Shown here: positions 28,992 through 39,039 of the stretch, in pieces | How the letters are laid out: each line of letters opens with the position of its first letter | How positions within the stretch are numbered: position 1 is the first letter of the stretch | Assembly (NCBI GenBank): GCA_002305355.1 | Contig: DBQS01000036.1 | Location: 15,612 to 79,611, forward strand | Source of the DNA: Patescibacteria group bacterium UBA1388 | GTDB lineage: Bacteria; Patescibacteriota; Microgenomatia; UBA1400; PJMF01 | Length of the DNA: 64,000 nucleotides | Reading direction: 5' to 3' | Translations under genes and position numbers: made by a program | Notes under the pieces: model-generated | Told to the model about the DNA's origin: nothing | The model's input: the letters and a program-made list of their open reading frames with translations, nothing else | Database searches by the model: none

Positions 28992-30038
28992 ATGAAGCAA
29001 CGTCCCAAAATACTTCGCTCTATTCATCTTCAGTCATCAAACAAGGTGATATATTTGGAAATTGGCTCTTCACAAGTCAAGGTGATGGTCAATAGCAAAC
29101 TTGTTTTCAATCAACCAAGCTGTATTGCCATTAACCCCGCTCAGCAGAGCATACTTGCCTTTGGTGACAAAGCCTATCAGTTATTAGGTAAAAGAAGACA
29201 TGATTTGCAGGTGGTCTTTCCGATCAAGAATGGAGCAGTTGCAAACCGAGAGCATTTTCAACTCCTGACGGAAGCTATAAGTAATCACCTGCACCTCGAA
29301 GCCGATTGGTGGAAAATATTGTCTCCCCAACGTTGCATTATCGCGATGTCTGATGCATTGACTCCCGCCGAAAAAGAACAAACCATCCGCCAATTTTCAC
29401 ATTTGAAATTAGGCAAGCAAAGTTTTTTTTCCTCAGAGCTGGCTGTAGCCATGCAAGCTGACCGCTGTCACTTGGAATCATCTACCAATTATTGTTTGAT
29501 CAATATGGGAGGGATGATTACGACTGTTGCCATTGTCCAAAGAGGGGAACTTACTCACGCTGAAAGAATTTTTGTGGGTGGAGTGCATTTTACTGCTGCC
29601 GTACAACATCTTGTGCGATCTATTGAAAACTGCGCTATTAGCTGGCATGAGGCAGAAAGGGTTAAAAAGAATATTGGCTTTATTGAACATGCCAACACAC
29701 ATCTTACGGTAATCAATAAAAAATTATCAGTTACAGGAAAGGACATTGCTTCACAGTTAGGTAAAACAGTCATCATTTCAGCAAAACAGGCGAGTAGGGG
29801 ATTTGGAAGTCTAGTCGATGATTTGGTAGTGGGTTTGCAACATTTTTTTAATAAAGTACCACCAGAACAGGTGACGGATTGTTTGCAAAATGGTGTTTTT
29901 TTAACCGGAGGAGCAATGCAGCTGACTGGGATGAGGGAAATTTTCCAACACCATCTAAAAGCAGAAACGGTCATGTCTGACCAACCAGAGCTTGATGTAG
30001 TTATGGGTTTAGAAAAATTGGCTACCCGTGATCAGTGA
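28992..30038 (+). CDS. mreB: Rod shape-determining protein MreB-like (degenerate actin motifs)
   Basis: FNQPSCIA, VFPIKNGAV, VGGVHF, AERVKKNIG, GVFLTGGAMQL; first gene of mreBCD-pbp2. Confidence 0.8.
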   Translation: MKQRPKILRSIHLQSSNKVIYLEIGSSQVKVMVNSKLVFNQPSCIAINPAQQSILAFGDKAYQLLGKRRHDLQVVFPIKNGAVANREHFQLLTEAISNHLHLEADWWKILSPQRCIIAMSDALTPAEKEQTIRQFSHLKLGKQSFFSSELAVAMQADRCHLESSTNYCLINMGGMITTVAIVQRGELTHAERIFVGGVHFTAAVQHLVRSIENCAISWHEAERVKKNIGFIEHANTHLTVINKKLSVTGKDIASQLGKTVIISAKQASRGFGSLVDDLVVGLQHFFNKVPPEQVTDCLQNGVFLTGGAMQLTGMREIFQHHLKAETVMSDQPELDVVMGLEKLATRDQ

Positions 30039-30838
30039 GGACAGTGATGATTAGACTTAATTCTTGGAGCAATTCTATCAACAGTTTTTCTTTTTATTAT
30101 GGAGTATTGATAATTTGTGGAATCGCTATCTTTTTGATTGAACAAGTGAGGTGGGATTTATTTTTAAGGACAAGACTGCAATGGATGACTGTGCCAGTGA
30201 GTCAAATGATCGCTCGGGGCGTGGAGTTGACAACCCATCCCGCTTATTCTTTGAGTGTTTATTTTTCGGATGCTACAGAACTTGATCGCTTGCGAACACA
30301 ACACGCTCAAGACTTAGTTACTATTGCAGAGCTTGAATATTTAAAAGAGGAAAATGAAATCCTCAAAAGGATGCTTCAAGGAGAAAGTAATACGCACCAG
30401 TCTAAGATGATTGCTGCTCCAATCACTTCCTATGCATACCCAGCAATTGGCATAGGATCGTCGGCAGGAGTAAGGGAAGGACAGGTTGTTGTTGCTCATC
30501 AGACTCTGCTTGGAAAAATCACTGAAGTTGAGTCTGATCAATCGAGAGTACAACTCTTGTTTAATCTTGATTCACAACCAATTTTGGCAGAAACCACCTC
30601 TGGTGTGCAAGGACTAATCAAAGGTACAGGAAAAAAAGTGATGTTGACAGAGGTATTACCAGATAGTCAACTGACGATTGGTGATAAAGTAATAACCTCA
30701 GGACAACCCGGCATTAAGCAGGGGTTACTTGTGGGGGTGATTGTCGCTGTTACTCCTCCATCATCAACCCCTACTCAAACGGCAGAGATTGATCAATTAG
30801 TCTCTTTTTATACCACGCCCTTAGTAGAAGTTAGGTGA
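30035..30838 (+). CDS. mreC: Rod shape-determining protein MreC
   Basis: TM, coiled coil LKEENEILKRML, GSSAGV, GDKVITSG; synteny. Confidence 0.88.
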   Translation: MRTVMIRLNSWSNSINSFSFYYGVLIICGIAIFLIEQVRWDLFLRTRLQWMTVPVSQMIARGVELTTHPAYSLSVYFSDATELDRLRTQHAQDLVTIAELEYLKEENEILKRMLQGESNTHQSKMIAAPITSYAYPAIGIGSSAGVREGQVVVAHQTLLGKITEVESDQSRVQLLFNLDSQPILAETTSGVQGLIKGTGKKVMLTEVLPDSQLTIGDKVITSGQPGIKQGLLVGVIVAVTPPSSTPTQTAEIDQLVSFYTTPLVEVR

Positions 30839-30844
30839 CCTAAT

Positions 30845-31291
30845 ATGCTTTGGGAAATAATAAAATATGTAATTCAGTTTTTGGTTATTAGTCTGGTGCT
30901 GTTGATTGAACAGGTGCTATCTTTGCCCTTCATTTTTTTTACGCTCTTGATTTTATGGACTAATTTCCAGACTAAACCAATGCTGATTTTGACAACTGTA
31001 CTCATGTCTTTGTTTTGTGCAGTTGTTTTTAGTGAAAGTTGGCTACTGATGTTTGGTTTTATTATTGTGACAGTGAATGTTATGAAATTATGGCAGACTA
31101 AGTATGGGAAAACATGGTGGCTTAGCAATTTACACATATTGTTCACAGTCGCTTTTTTTTCAATGTTTGTGCCACCACAGCCAACCGCTCAGTTTTTAGT
31201 TTTTTCTGGTCTAAGTTATGTAATTAGCTTGATAATATTATGGAGCAATTATCGTTGGGTGAACAAAAACAAATTTTATCGCTCATTTTAG
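30845..31291 (+). CDS. MreD-like membrane protein
   Basis: Highly hydrophobic 148 aa between mreC and pbp2. Confidence 0.6.
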   Translation: MLWEIIKYVIQFLVISLVLLIEQVLSLPFIFFTLLILWTNFQTKPMLILTTVLMSLFCAVVFSESWLLMFGFIIVTVNVMKLWQTKYGKTWWLSNLHILFTVAFFSMFVPPQPTAQFLVFSGLSYVISLIILWSNYRWVNKNKFYRSF

Positions 31292-31322
31292 TACGGAGTT
31301 TGGATTAAACAATAAAAAAATT

Positions 31323-33311
31323 GTGACAAAAACAGACCACCAAATTCGTCATTTTTGGCTTGTAATGATTTTAATCTTATTAAGTGGGACGCTAACTTTT
31401 GTGAGATTAATTGATGTGCAAGTGATTAGGGGAGAGCATTTTCTGGAATTAGCAGAAGCGAATCGGTTATTTAAAATTACTTTACCCAGAATGAGAGGCT
31501 TAATTGTGGATCGTTATGGCAAGCCATTGGTTAAGAATTATCCCATTTACTATCAAATATCTGATCCCCATCAAGTGTATGCAGCTAAACAAATTATTGC
31601 CGCAGATTTAGCTTTGTCACTAATGGCTACCCAAAGCGGTAGTGTGGAAACAACCGTAAGAAGAGTTTACCCACTAGGTGAAGTATTGGCGCCGGTAATT
31701 GGTTACACGGGTGTGGTTTCTGCAGAAGACTTACAAAAGGATAAAAATTTGCAACCAACCGACCTAGTTGGTAAGCAAGGACTAGAACGTAGTTTTGATT
31801 TAAATTTGCGCGGTGAACTGGGAGAGGAATTATATGAAATTGATGCCATGGGACGAAAAAATAAATTAATTACTTCAAAATTAGGTGAGCCGGGACAAAA
31901 TGTAAAGACTTCAATTGACCCCTATTTGAGTCTAATTGCCTATGAAGCCATGGGAGATCACACCGGGGTAGTACTGATCACAGACGGCTCAACAGGTGAT
32001 GTTTTAAGTTTAGTGAGTGTACCGAGTTATGATGCCAACCTCATTACCGCTCGTTATGCAGATGAAAAATTAGAAAGATTTCGGCAGCAGACCGTGGCGG
32101 AGATGTTTACTGATGAAAGGCAGTTGTTTTTTAATCGGGCAGTAAGTGGTGTTTATCCACCCGGATCGGTGTTTAAATTGGTTACAGCAGCAGCAGGTTT
32201 GAGTACTGCCGCCATTGATGCACAAACGAGTGTCTTAGATGAGGGGGTATTGAAAGTAGGAGATTATTCTTATGCCAACTGGTATTACTCGCAGTATGGA
32301 GGTACGGAGGGAGAAATATCTTTGAGACGGGCCATTGCGAGAAGTAATGATATTTATTTTTACAAAGCGGCTGAATGGATCGGTCCCAATCGGCTTGCAG
32401 AAGCGGCCCGAGAATTTGGATATGGTCAACCAACTGGTATTGAACTAGCTGGTGAACAATCTGGACTTGTGCCGGACGTTGATTGGAAAGAGCAAGTGCT
32501 GGGAGAACGGTGGTTTTTGGGAAACACTTATCATTTTGGGATTGGTCAAGGCAACTTATTGGTTACTCCGCTTCAAGTGAATCAAATGACGCAAGTGTTG
32601 ATCAATCATGGATCAAGGTGCAGTCCGCGCCTGCTTCCATCATTGGAAACAGACTGTCATGGTGTGGCGCTGGCAGACGAACATCTGGATTTAATTTTGG
32701 CTGGTATGTTGGATGCTTGTAGTAGTGGGGGTACTGCCTATCCTTTTTTTTCATGGAACGAACGCCATCGTGAACAAGAGCTATCTGCATACGAGCAGAT
32801 AAAAAGAGGAGCAGTGGCGTGCAAAACAGGTACGGCAGAATTCGGAGGAAGCGACGAAAGAGGCTTCAAAAAAACTCACGGTTTGTTTGTAATGGCACTA
32901 GGTGTAGATGAATTATTAAAGCCCTTCTTGGAAGAGGTGACAACTGATGATTCTGCTCTAGCAAGTTCATCGGTAGTAAATATGAACGATCAAAACCTCG
33001 ATCAACAACCCAATGTTCAAAATATGACTCAGACAGAAGAAACTGAAGTTTCGCAGACAGCTGATAGAGTGCAGTTAAATTTGGAGAAATATCGTGATTA
33101 TCAGGCTTGGTTGGCAGAAATTAGGCAACATGATTTCCCGGAAAAAGTAGTCATCACAGTTTTGGTGGAAAGCGATGAGAAACAACCTTTTATGGAGGGC
33201 AGTCGTGATGCTGCGCCGGTGGCATTAGAGATTTTAGAATGGATGGTTCAAGGTTCGCCAGTGGAAGCTGCCCCATCTGTGGAAGCGCCGGCAGGAGTGG
33301 TAGGTGAGTAA
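31323..33311 (+). CDS. mrdA: Penicillin-binding protein 2 (class B transpeptidase)
   Basis: RGLIVDRYG, GKQGLE, YPPGSVFK (SxxK), SND, KTGTAE. Confidence 0.92.
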   Translation: MTKTDHQIRHFWLVMILILLSGTLTFVRLIDVQVIRGEHFLELAEANRLFKITLPRMRGLIVDRYGKPLVKNYPIYYQISDPHQVYAAKQIIAADLALSLMATQSGSVETTVRRVYPLGEVLAPVIGYTGVVSAEDLQKDKNLQPTDLVGKQGLERSFDLNLRGELGEELYEIDAMGRKNKLITSKLGEPGQNVKTSIDPYLSLIAYEAMGDHTGVVLITDGSTGDVLSLVSVPSYDANLITARYADEKLERFRQQTVAEMFTDERQLFFNRAVSGVYPPGSVFKLVTAAAGLSTAAIDAQTSVLDEGVLKVGDYSYANWYYSQYGGTEGEISLRRAIARSNDIYFYKAAEWIGPNRLAEAAREFGYGQPTGIELAGEQSGLVPDVDWKEQVLGERWFLGNTYHFGIGQGNLLVTPLQVNQMTQVLINHGSRCSPRLLPSLETDCHGVALADEHLDLILAGMLDACSSGGTAYPFFSWNERHREQELSAYEQIKRGAVACKTGTAEFGGSDERGFKKTHGLFVMALGVDELLKPFLEEVTTDDSALASSSVVNMNDQNLDQQPNVQNMTQTEETEVSQTADRVQLNLEKYRDYQAWLAEIRQHDFPEKVVITVLVESDEKQPFMEGSRDAAPVALEILEWMVQGSPVEAAPSVEAPAGVVGE

Positions 33312-33675
33312 ATATCAGGATTTATTTTTTCAAATATTTGAAAGATATCACGATATTGAAGATAAGCATTTTAAAGGTATTTAGTATACTGATTAAATGA
33401 ACTGACTCTCCGCCATCTGTGCCGAATTTCTTGTTAAAGTTTGGTGCAGATCCACAAACTTTAAACTATTCCAACTTTTTTGCGTCTGGTTTATCAAATT
33501 TAAATCTAGACGTGACAAATCCGGCTGTTAGAGAAGCTCTGAAAAATGGTTTTTGGTTTTTTGAGTTTGATGCTTTTTATTACCCACTGGGTTTATTTTT
33601 TAAATTAACTGTGAGACGTTAGTCAGATTTGGGGATTGTTATCCAGCAAATTAAAAATTATTACACTTCAGTTAT

Positions 33676-35013
33676 TTAAATCAGCATCCGGCGCTGTTTG
33701 TCCCAATATGGACCTCGTCGACAGAGTAGTTGTTCAGCTTGCTCAGGATGAGCCATCAATTGCTGAACAGCAATTTCTAGAAGAAGAGTGTTTTGTGATC
33801 CTTTGATAAGCAAAACATCATTGGGCAGGAGTTGGTCTTTGAGTACATCTGCTGCTTGTCGGGCAGAATCATGGCAAGTGACTTTGATTTTGGCTTTTTG
33901 AAGGATTGGCAAAGCGTGTTCTGCCATGAGCGGTCCTACTAAATGCACTTGATCACAAACTTGCGCTGCTTTTTTTGCAACTCGAACATGAGCCGACATT
34001 GCAGAATCTCCGAGCTCACGCATATCTCCTAATAAAGCGAGCTTTCGCTTACCCTGAATTTTTGACAGTAATTCCAACATATCAATCATTGTTTGTGGGG
34101 AGGCGTTATAACTACTGTCAATCATTTGTGAATGATTGACGCCTTCAATAATACTCGAGCGGCCGGGTTCGAGTGAAAAATCTTGTTCAATGTGGCGAAT
34201 TGCTTGATTAATCGAAATACCCTGAGTAAAACCACAGCAAATTGCGGCGGCAAACGAGTGTCCAAAATGAACAGGCAAAATCATATTTTTTAGGTTTAGT
34301 TGATAGGTTTTTGCTTGATACTTAATTAAAAATCTGGTTTTATCTCTGCCATACTCAACGCCGGTAACTTTAACAATGGGGTGACCCATGGAGCCAAACG
34401 TCAATATCGTGGCTTGACTTTTTTGAATGATCTCTGCGCTTTGTTCATCATCGGTGTTGATAATACCTGTGGCTGATTTAGGAAGAGTAGTGATGATTTT
34501 GCCTTTTTCAAGAGCAATCAGTTTTGTGAGGTGTTTTTCCCGTTCACTAGCAGAAAGATTCTTGTTTTTGACAAGTGAGTCAAAGTTTTGGGTGTGTGAA
34601 AGGGCAGCATTCAAGAAAATGCCGACGTCAGGCGGAATAATCGAGAGTAAATAAGTCATGTTTTTAGGTGGCAATGGGCTATCAATACCCATTTCTACAA
34701 GATAAATTTCTGGTTGATCTTGATTAGTGATCAATTTTATTGGAGCAAGTAATGCGAGTCGCAGCCAATCAATGATCGAATAATTTGTTGGATGTAGGCC
34801 TAAGATATCCAAAGGAATTCCAGATTCAGAGTTGGCTTTATATGAAATTTTAACTTTGTATTTGGGTTTAAGTACAACTGCACAAGCTGCCATGGCACTA
34901 GTTTTGCCAGCACTGCCAGTAATTCCGATAATTATTGGGCGATGTTTTTTGAGCTGCAGACGAGCGATTGTACGCAAGTAGTTTAAAAACAAGGGGGTAA
35001 GGAAAACTTTCAT
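33676..35013 (-). CDS. murF: UDP-MurNAc-tripeptide--D-Ala-D-Ala ligase
   Basis: GITGSAGKTS, VEMG, IDSSYNASP, LGDMRELG, LIKGSQ. Confidence 0.9.
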   Translation of the reverse strand: MKVFLTPLFLNYLRTIARLQLKKHRPIIIGITGSAGKTSAMAACAVVLKPKYKVKISYKANSESGIPLDILGLHPTNYSIIDWLRLALLAPIKLITNQDQPEIYLVEMGIDSPLPPKNMTYLLSIIPPDVGIFLNAALSHTQNFDSLVKNKNLSASEREKHLTKLIALEKGKIITTLPKSATGIINTDDEQSAEIIQKSQATILTFGSMGHPIVKVTGVEYGRDKTRFLIKYQAKTYQLNLKNMILPVHFGHSFAAAICCGFTQGISINQAIRHIEQDFSLEPGRSSIIEGVNHSQMIDSSYNASPQTMIDMLELLSKIQGKRKLALLGDMRELGDSAMSAHVRVAKKAAQVCDQVHLVGPLMAEHALPILQKAKIKVTCHDSARQAADVLKDQLLPNDVLLIKGSQNTLLLEIAVQQLMAHPEQAEQLLCRRGPYWDKQRRMLI

Positions 35014-35340
35014 CTTATTAATTGTACATCATGTTTAATTATCATTTCCGCTCGAGTGAAAAGATATTTTCAAAGTGTGGCAGATTTGTGTTTTATCAGT
35101 TTTTATTAGAGATATGCCACCCAAAGCTCACTAATTTTCAAAGGCTCATTAACTTTCAGACTTGATTCATTATTGTGAGGATGAAAGCAGAGCAAGGCTA
35201 CAGATTGTGCAAGCTTAATTCATATACTAAGGGTAATTAACTCGCCTGCGGCGATTTAAAAAAAGAGATCACGATTAAGTATTTAATAAGTCACTTCTTT
35301 TATTTAAAACTATTAAAACTAATGTAACCAAGTAGCACCG

Positions 35341-36744
35341 ATGAATCAATTGATATCTCAAACATCCTCAACTCTGCGATTGAAAAAAGACTCAAAAAAC
35401 CTATTGGATTCTGAATTAAAGAACGAAGACGGGAAACACGAGTTACAGCTAAGTTTGGCGGCTCTAAGTACGATGAAGGGCATCGGGCCGGTGACCCAAA
35501 AAATGATTATTGCAGGACTGAATAAATACCGAATCAGCTGGCAGGAGTTTTGGGAAGGAAATGAGCTGCTATTTAAAAAAATTAAACTTAATGAAAAACA
35601 GATCAATAGCATTAAAAAGTTTATAAAAGAACAAACAATATACGCATATAAAGAAAAACTGGCGATTCGGGAGATCAGGATTATTACTTATATGGATGAA
35701 GAGTACCCACCACTGCTTACAGAATTGGAGCGGGCGCCTTTGGTTTTATTTGGGATGGGAAAAGTGATTAAGAATCCCGACCGACTATCTTTGGCGGTGG
35801 TGGGCGCCCGCGGGATGACTGCCTACGGAGCAAGTGTGACCGAGCAGTTGGTGATGGAACTTGTTGAGCAGGGTATTGCGATCAATTCCGGATTTATGTA
35901 CGGTGTTGATACAGCTGCTCATCAAGCAGCACTGCGCTATGGTGGCCATACGATAGGCATACTAGGATTTGGGTTTGGTCAGATGTATCCAGATAGCCAG
36001 CAACCGATATTTGAGCAGTGCTTGGCGGATGGAATGACTTTCTATTCTCCATTTGCACCTGATTTTCCGGCTAAAAAAGGTAATTTTCCTGCTCGTAATC
36101 AAATTGTGGCGGGTATGAGCCAAGGCGTTTTAGTAACTGAGGCTGCCGCGCACAGCGGCAGCCTCATCACCGCTGGGGCGGCGGCAGATTTGGGCAGAGA
36201 AGTCTTTGCCGTGCCTGGTCCAATTGATAGCCCATACAGTGAGGGCACGATGCACTTAGTTAACCAAGGAGCGACATTAATTAATTCTGGCTACGAAGTT
36301 GGGGAATACTTGCGCTGGCCCACTGGCAATCTGCCTTCATTAAGGTCGAAGATGCGACTAGTTGATGAAACATATCAATCATTTTCTTCAGCAATGTCTA
36401 AAGATCAACCGTCTTCAGACGTTTTATCATTCAACTCTCAATTTATACAGGATTGTCATCAACTAAAACAGCCCGATAATAAATTCTGTTTTACGCCCAC
36501 AACATCGATGAATTTATCTGGCAGGTTATTTCAGCTGAGTCAGCCATCTCCCCAATCCTTACTTGGATTTCTCAACAGTTTTGATTTTCAATTGCTATCT
36601 AAACTCGCTTCACGAGGACATTCTTTTGATCAGCTCTGCGAATTGCTAGTTTGTCCTGCACCTCAGCTCAGTCAAGCGCTTGGGAAGTTGGAAGTTGCAG
36701 GTCTGGTGATGAATTTGGGAGATAATTGGCAGATTGTGAAATGA
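35341..36744 (+). CDS. dprA: DNA-processing protein DprA
   Basis: YPPLL, AVVGAR, SGFMYGVDTAAH, FPARNQIVAG, SGSLITA, VFAVPG; winged-helix C-terminus. Confidence 0.94.
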   Translation: MNQLISQTSSTLRLKKDSKNLLDSELKNEDGKHELQLSLAALSTMKGIGPVTQKMIIAGLNKYRISWQEFWEGNELLFKKIKLNEKQINSIKKFIKEQTIYAYKEKLAIREIRIITYMDEEYPPLLTELERAPLVLFGMGKVIKNPDRLSLAVVGARGMTAYGASVTEQLVMELVEQGIAINSGFMYGVDTAAHQAALRYGGHTIGILGFGFGQMYPDSQQPIFEQCLADGMTFYSPFAPDFPAKKGNFPARNQIVAGMSQGVLVTEAAAHSGSLITAGAAADLGREVFAVPGPIDSPYSEGTMHLVNQGATLINSGYEVGEYLRWPTGNLPSLRSKMRLVDETYQSFSSAMSKDQPSSDVLSFNSQFIQDCHQLKQPDNKFCFTPTTSMNLSGRLFQLSQPSPQSLLGFLNSFDFQLLSKLASRGHSFDQLCELLVCPAPQLSQALGKLEVAGLVMNLGDNWQIVK

Positions 36745-36893
36745 TGTCAACTTGATTGGTCAAATCTCGCGAAACGCTGTGTAACTTGCAAGCTGCGTTA
36801 AAATACAATCCGATTGACAGCACCTTGAATTCAGTTCGAAATCAAAATTGGTAACATTGCCAAACAAGCAGCTGTCAGTTATAGTTTGTGCTT

Positions 36894-39023
36894 ATGAATC
36901 TTGTCATTGTGGAATCACCAACGAAAGCGAGAAAACTGAGATCATACTTGGGAAATGATTTTCAAGTTGAAGCATCAGTAGGTCACATTCGTGATTTGCC
37001 AAAGAAAAAAATGGGAGTTGATATTGATCATAATTTCCAACCCACCTATGAAGTTAATCCAGATAAAAAAGACGTAATTAGCACGCTTAGAAAAGAAGCT
37101 AAATCAGCCAAAATTATTTATTTGGCAACTGATCCTGATCGGGAAGGAGAAGCTATTGCATGGCATATTACTCATGTGTTGAATGGTAATAAGCCAAACT
37201 TTAAACGAGCCACATTTCATGAAATTACCAAATCAGCGGTGCAAGCAGCCATTGAAAATCCGGGCGAACTAAATATGGATTTAGTCAACGCGCAGCAAGC
37301 ACGCCGAATTGTTGATCGGTTGGTAGGGTATGAAGTCTCACCGGTGTTGTGGAAAAAGGTGAGGCGGGGTTTGTCTGCTGGTCGCGTGCAGTCAGTAGCA
37401 CTCCGACTAATTGTGGAACGTGAGCGGGAAATTGAAGCTTTTGTCCCAGATGAATATTGGGAAGTTGATGTTGCTTTATCAGTAGAAAGCAATCCACCTT
37501 CACAAATTTTTGAAAAAGGCAAAGCATCTGAGTCATTACCAGCTGGTAGTTTGATTGCACGATTGATTAAAATAAATAATCACAAGTTTGAACCCAAGAA
37601 AAAACAAGATTTAGGTGATCTTGATCAAATCTTACCGCAGGCAAAATATGTTGTATCGCAAGTTGACCGTAAAGAAAGACGCCGCAAAAGTTTACCACCT
37701 TTTACTACTTCCACGTTACAACAAGCGGCTGCTAATAAACTTGGAATGAGCAGTAAACAGAGTATGAAGCTTGCTCAGGATTTGTATGAAGAGGGTTTAA
37801 TTACTTATCATCGTACAGATTCAGTTAATCTTTCAGCCGGAGCGATTCAAGATGCGCGTAAATTTATTGGTGATCAGTTTGGAGATAAGTATCTACCTGT
37901 TCAAACTAGGATTTTTAGCAATAAGAGCAAGAATGCACAAGAAGCTCACGAAGCGATTCGAGTGACTGATCTACACATTTCTGATGAGAGAGTGATTGAT
38001 CAGGCAAAAAGACTAACTCATCGCCATGCGCAACTTTATGACTTGATTTGGCGCAGGTTTTTAGCAAGCCAAATGAATGAGGCGATTTATGATCAGACAA
38101 ATTTATTGATTGATGCGGAAGTGATGTCATCGCAAGCTGGATTTAAGTCTGCCCAATTCAAGTCAACGGGATCAGTTCTCAAGTTTGATGGCTGGATGAA
38201 GTTATTCCCCAATAATGGTGATTCTATTTTGCCAGATGTTAAAACGAATCACATCCTCAACTATGTAGACCACTTGCTGGCTCAGAAATTTACTCAGCCA
38301 CCAGCCCGCTACAACGACGCCTCACTTGTGAAGGAACTGGAAAAACGTGGTATTGGTCGACCGAGTACTTATGCCAGCATCATCTCTGTGATTGAAGAAC
38401 GTGGCTATGTGATGAGAGATGATCGGAAATTTAAAGCTACGCCAGTGGGGATGACGGTTAGTAATTTTCTGCTCAAACACTTTCCTGTGTTTATGGAATA
38501 TGAGTTTACTGCTGAAATGGAAGAAGACTTGGATAGGATTTCGAGAGGGGAAAAAGCATGGGCAAAAGTGGTAAAGGCTTTTTACACTCCCTTTCACCAA
38601 AAGGTAGTAGATGCAGAGGCTGCCGAGCGGACTCAAGTGCCAGTTGAAAAAACTGGTGAGCCTTGTCCGTTATGTGGAAAGACTGAAAAAGGAGAGATTG
38701 TAATTCGCAGCGGAAGATTCGGTAAATTCAAGAGTTGCAGCCGATTTCCTGAGTGTGAGTTTACTGAAAATATTGTAGACACAATTCCTGGAGTAAAATG
38801 CCCGCTGTGTGGTAAGGGTGAAGTAATTTCAAGAAATACGAGATGGGGAAAGAAGTTTTTTGGTTGTTCAACTTATCCGGAGTGTGATTGGGCAAGTTGG
38901 AAGCAACCACAGCCGGGAGATAAGATTTCCAAAACTGAGTGGAGAAAGCAGCAAAAAGCTCGCGCCGAACGCAAAAAAAAGCGAGAAAAAAGTCGGAAAA
39001 AGAAAACAAAAGTCAAATCTTAA
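36894..39023 (+). CDS. topA: DNA topoisomerase I
   Basis: LVIVESPTKA, ATDPDREGEAI, SAGRVQS, LITYHRTDS, GIGRPSTYA; C-terminal Zn ribbons. Confidence 0.97.
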   Translation: MNLVIVESPTKARKLRSYLGNDFQVEASVGHIRDLPKKKMGVDIDHNFQPTYEVNPDKKDVISTLRKEAKSAKIIYLATDPDREGEAIAWHITHVLNGNKPNFKRATFHEITKSAVQAAIENPGELNMDLVNAQQARRIVDRLVGYEVSPVLWKKVRRGLSAGRVQSVALRLIVEREREIEAFVPDEYWEVDVALSVESNPPSQIFEKGKASESLPAGSLIARLIKINNHKFEPKKKQDLGDLDQILPQAKYVVSQVDRKERRRKSLPPFTTSTLQQAAANKLGMSSKQSMKLAQDLYEEGLITYHRTDSVNLSAGAIQDARKFIGDQFGDKYLPVQTRIFSNKSKNAQEAHEAIRVTDLHISDERVIDQAKRLTHRHAQLYDLIWRRFLASQMNEAIYDQTNLLIDAEVMSSQAGFKSAQFKSTGSVLKFDGWMKLFPNNGDSILPDVKTNHILNYVDHLLAQKFTQPPARYNDASLVKELEKRGIGRPSTYASIISVIEERGYVMRDDRKFKATPVGMTVSNFLLKHFPVFMEYEFTAEMEEDLDRISRGEKAWAKVVKAFYTPFHQKVVDAEAAERTQVPVEKTGEPCPLCGKTEKGEIVIRSGRFGKFKSCSRFPECEFTENIVDTIPGVKCPLCGKGEVISRNTRWGKKFFGCSTYPECDWASWKQPQPGDKISKTEWRKQQKARAERKKKREKSRKKKTKVKS

Positions 39024-39039
39024 TCATCTAAGTCTTAAT

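Noticed and set aside
33419-33622. 67-aa ORF after pbp2
   Set aside because: No RBS or motif; possibly a gene remnant, but it cannot be supported.
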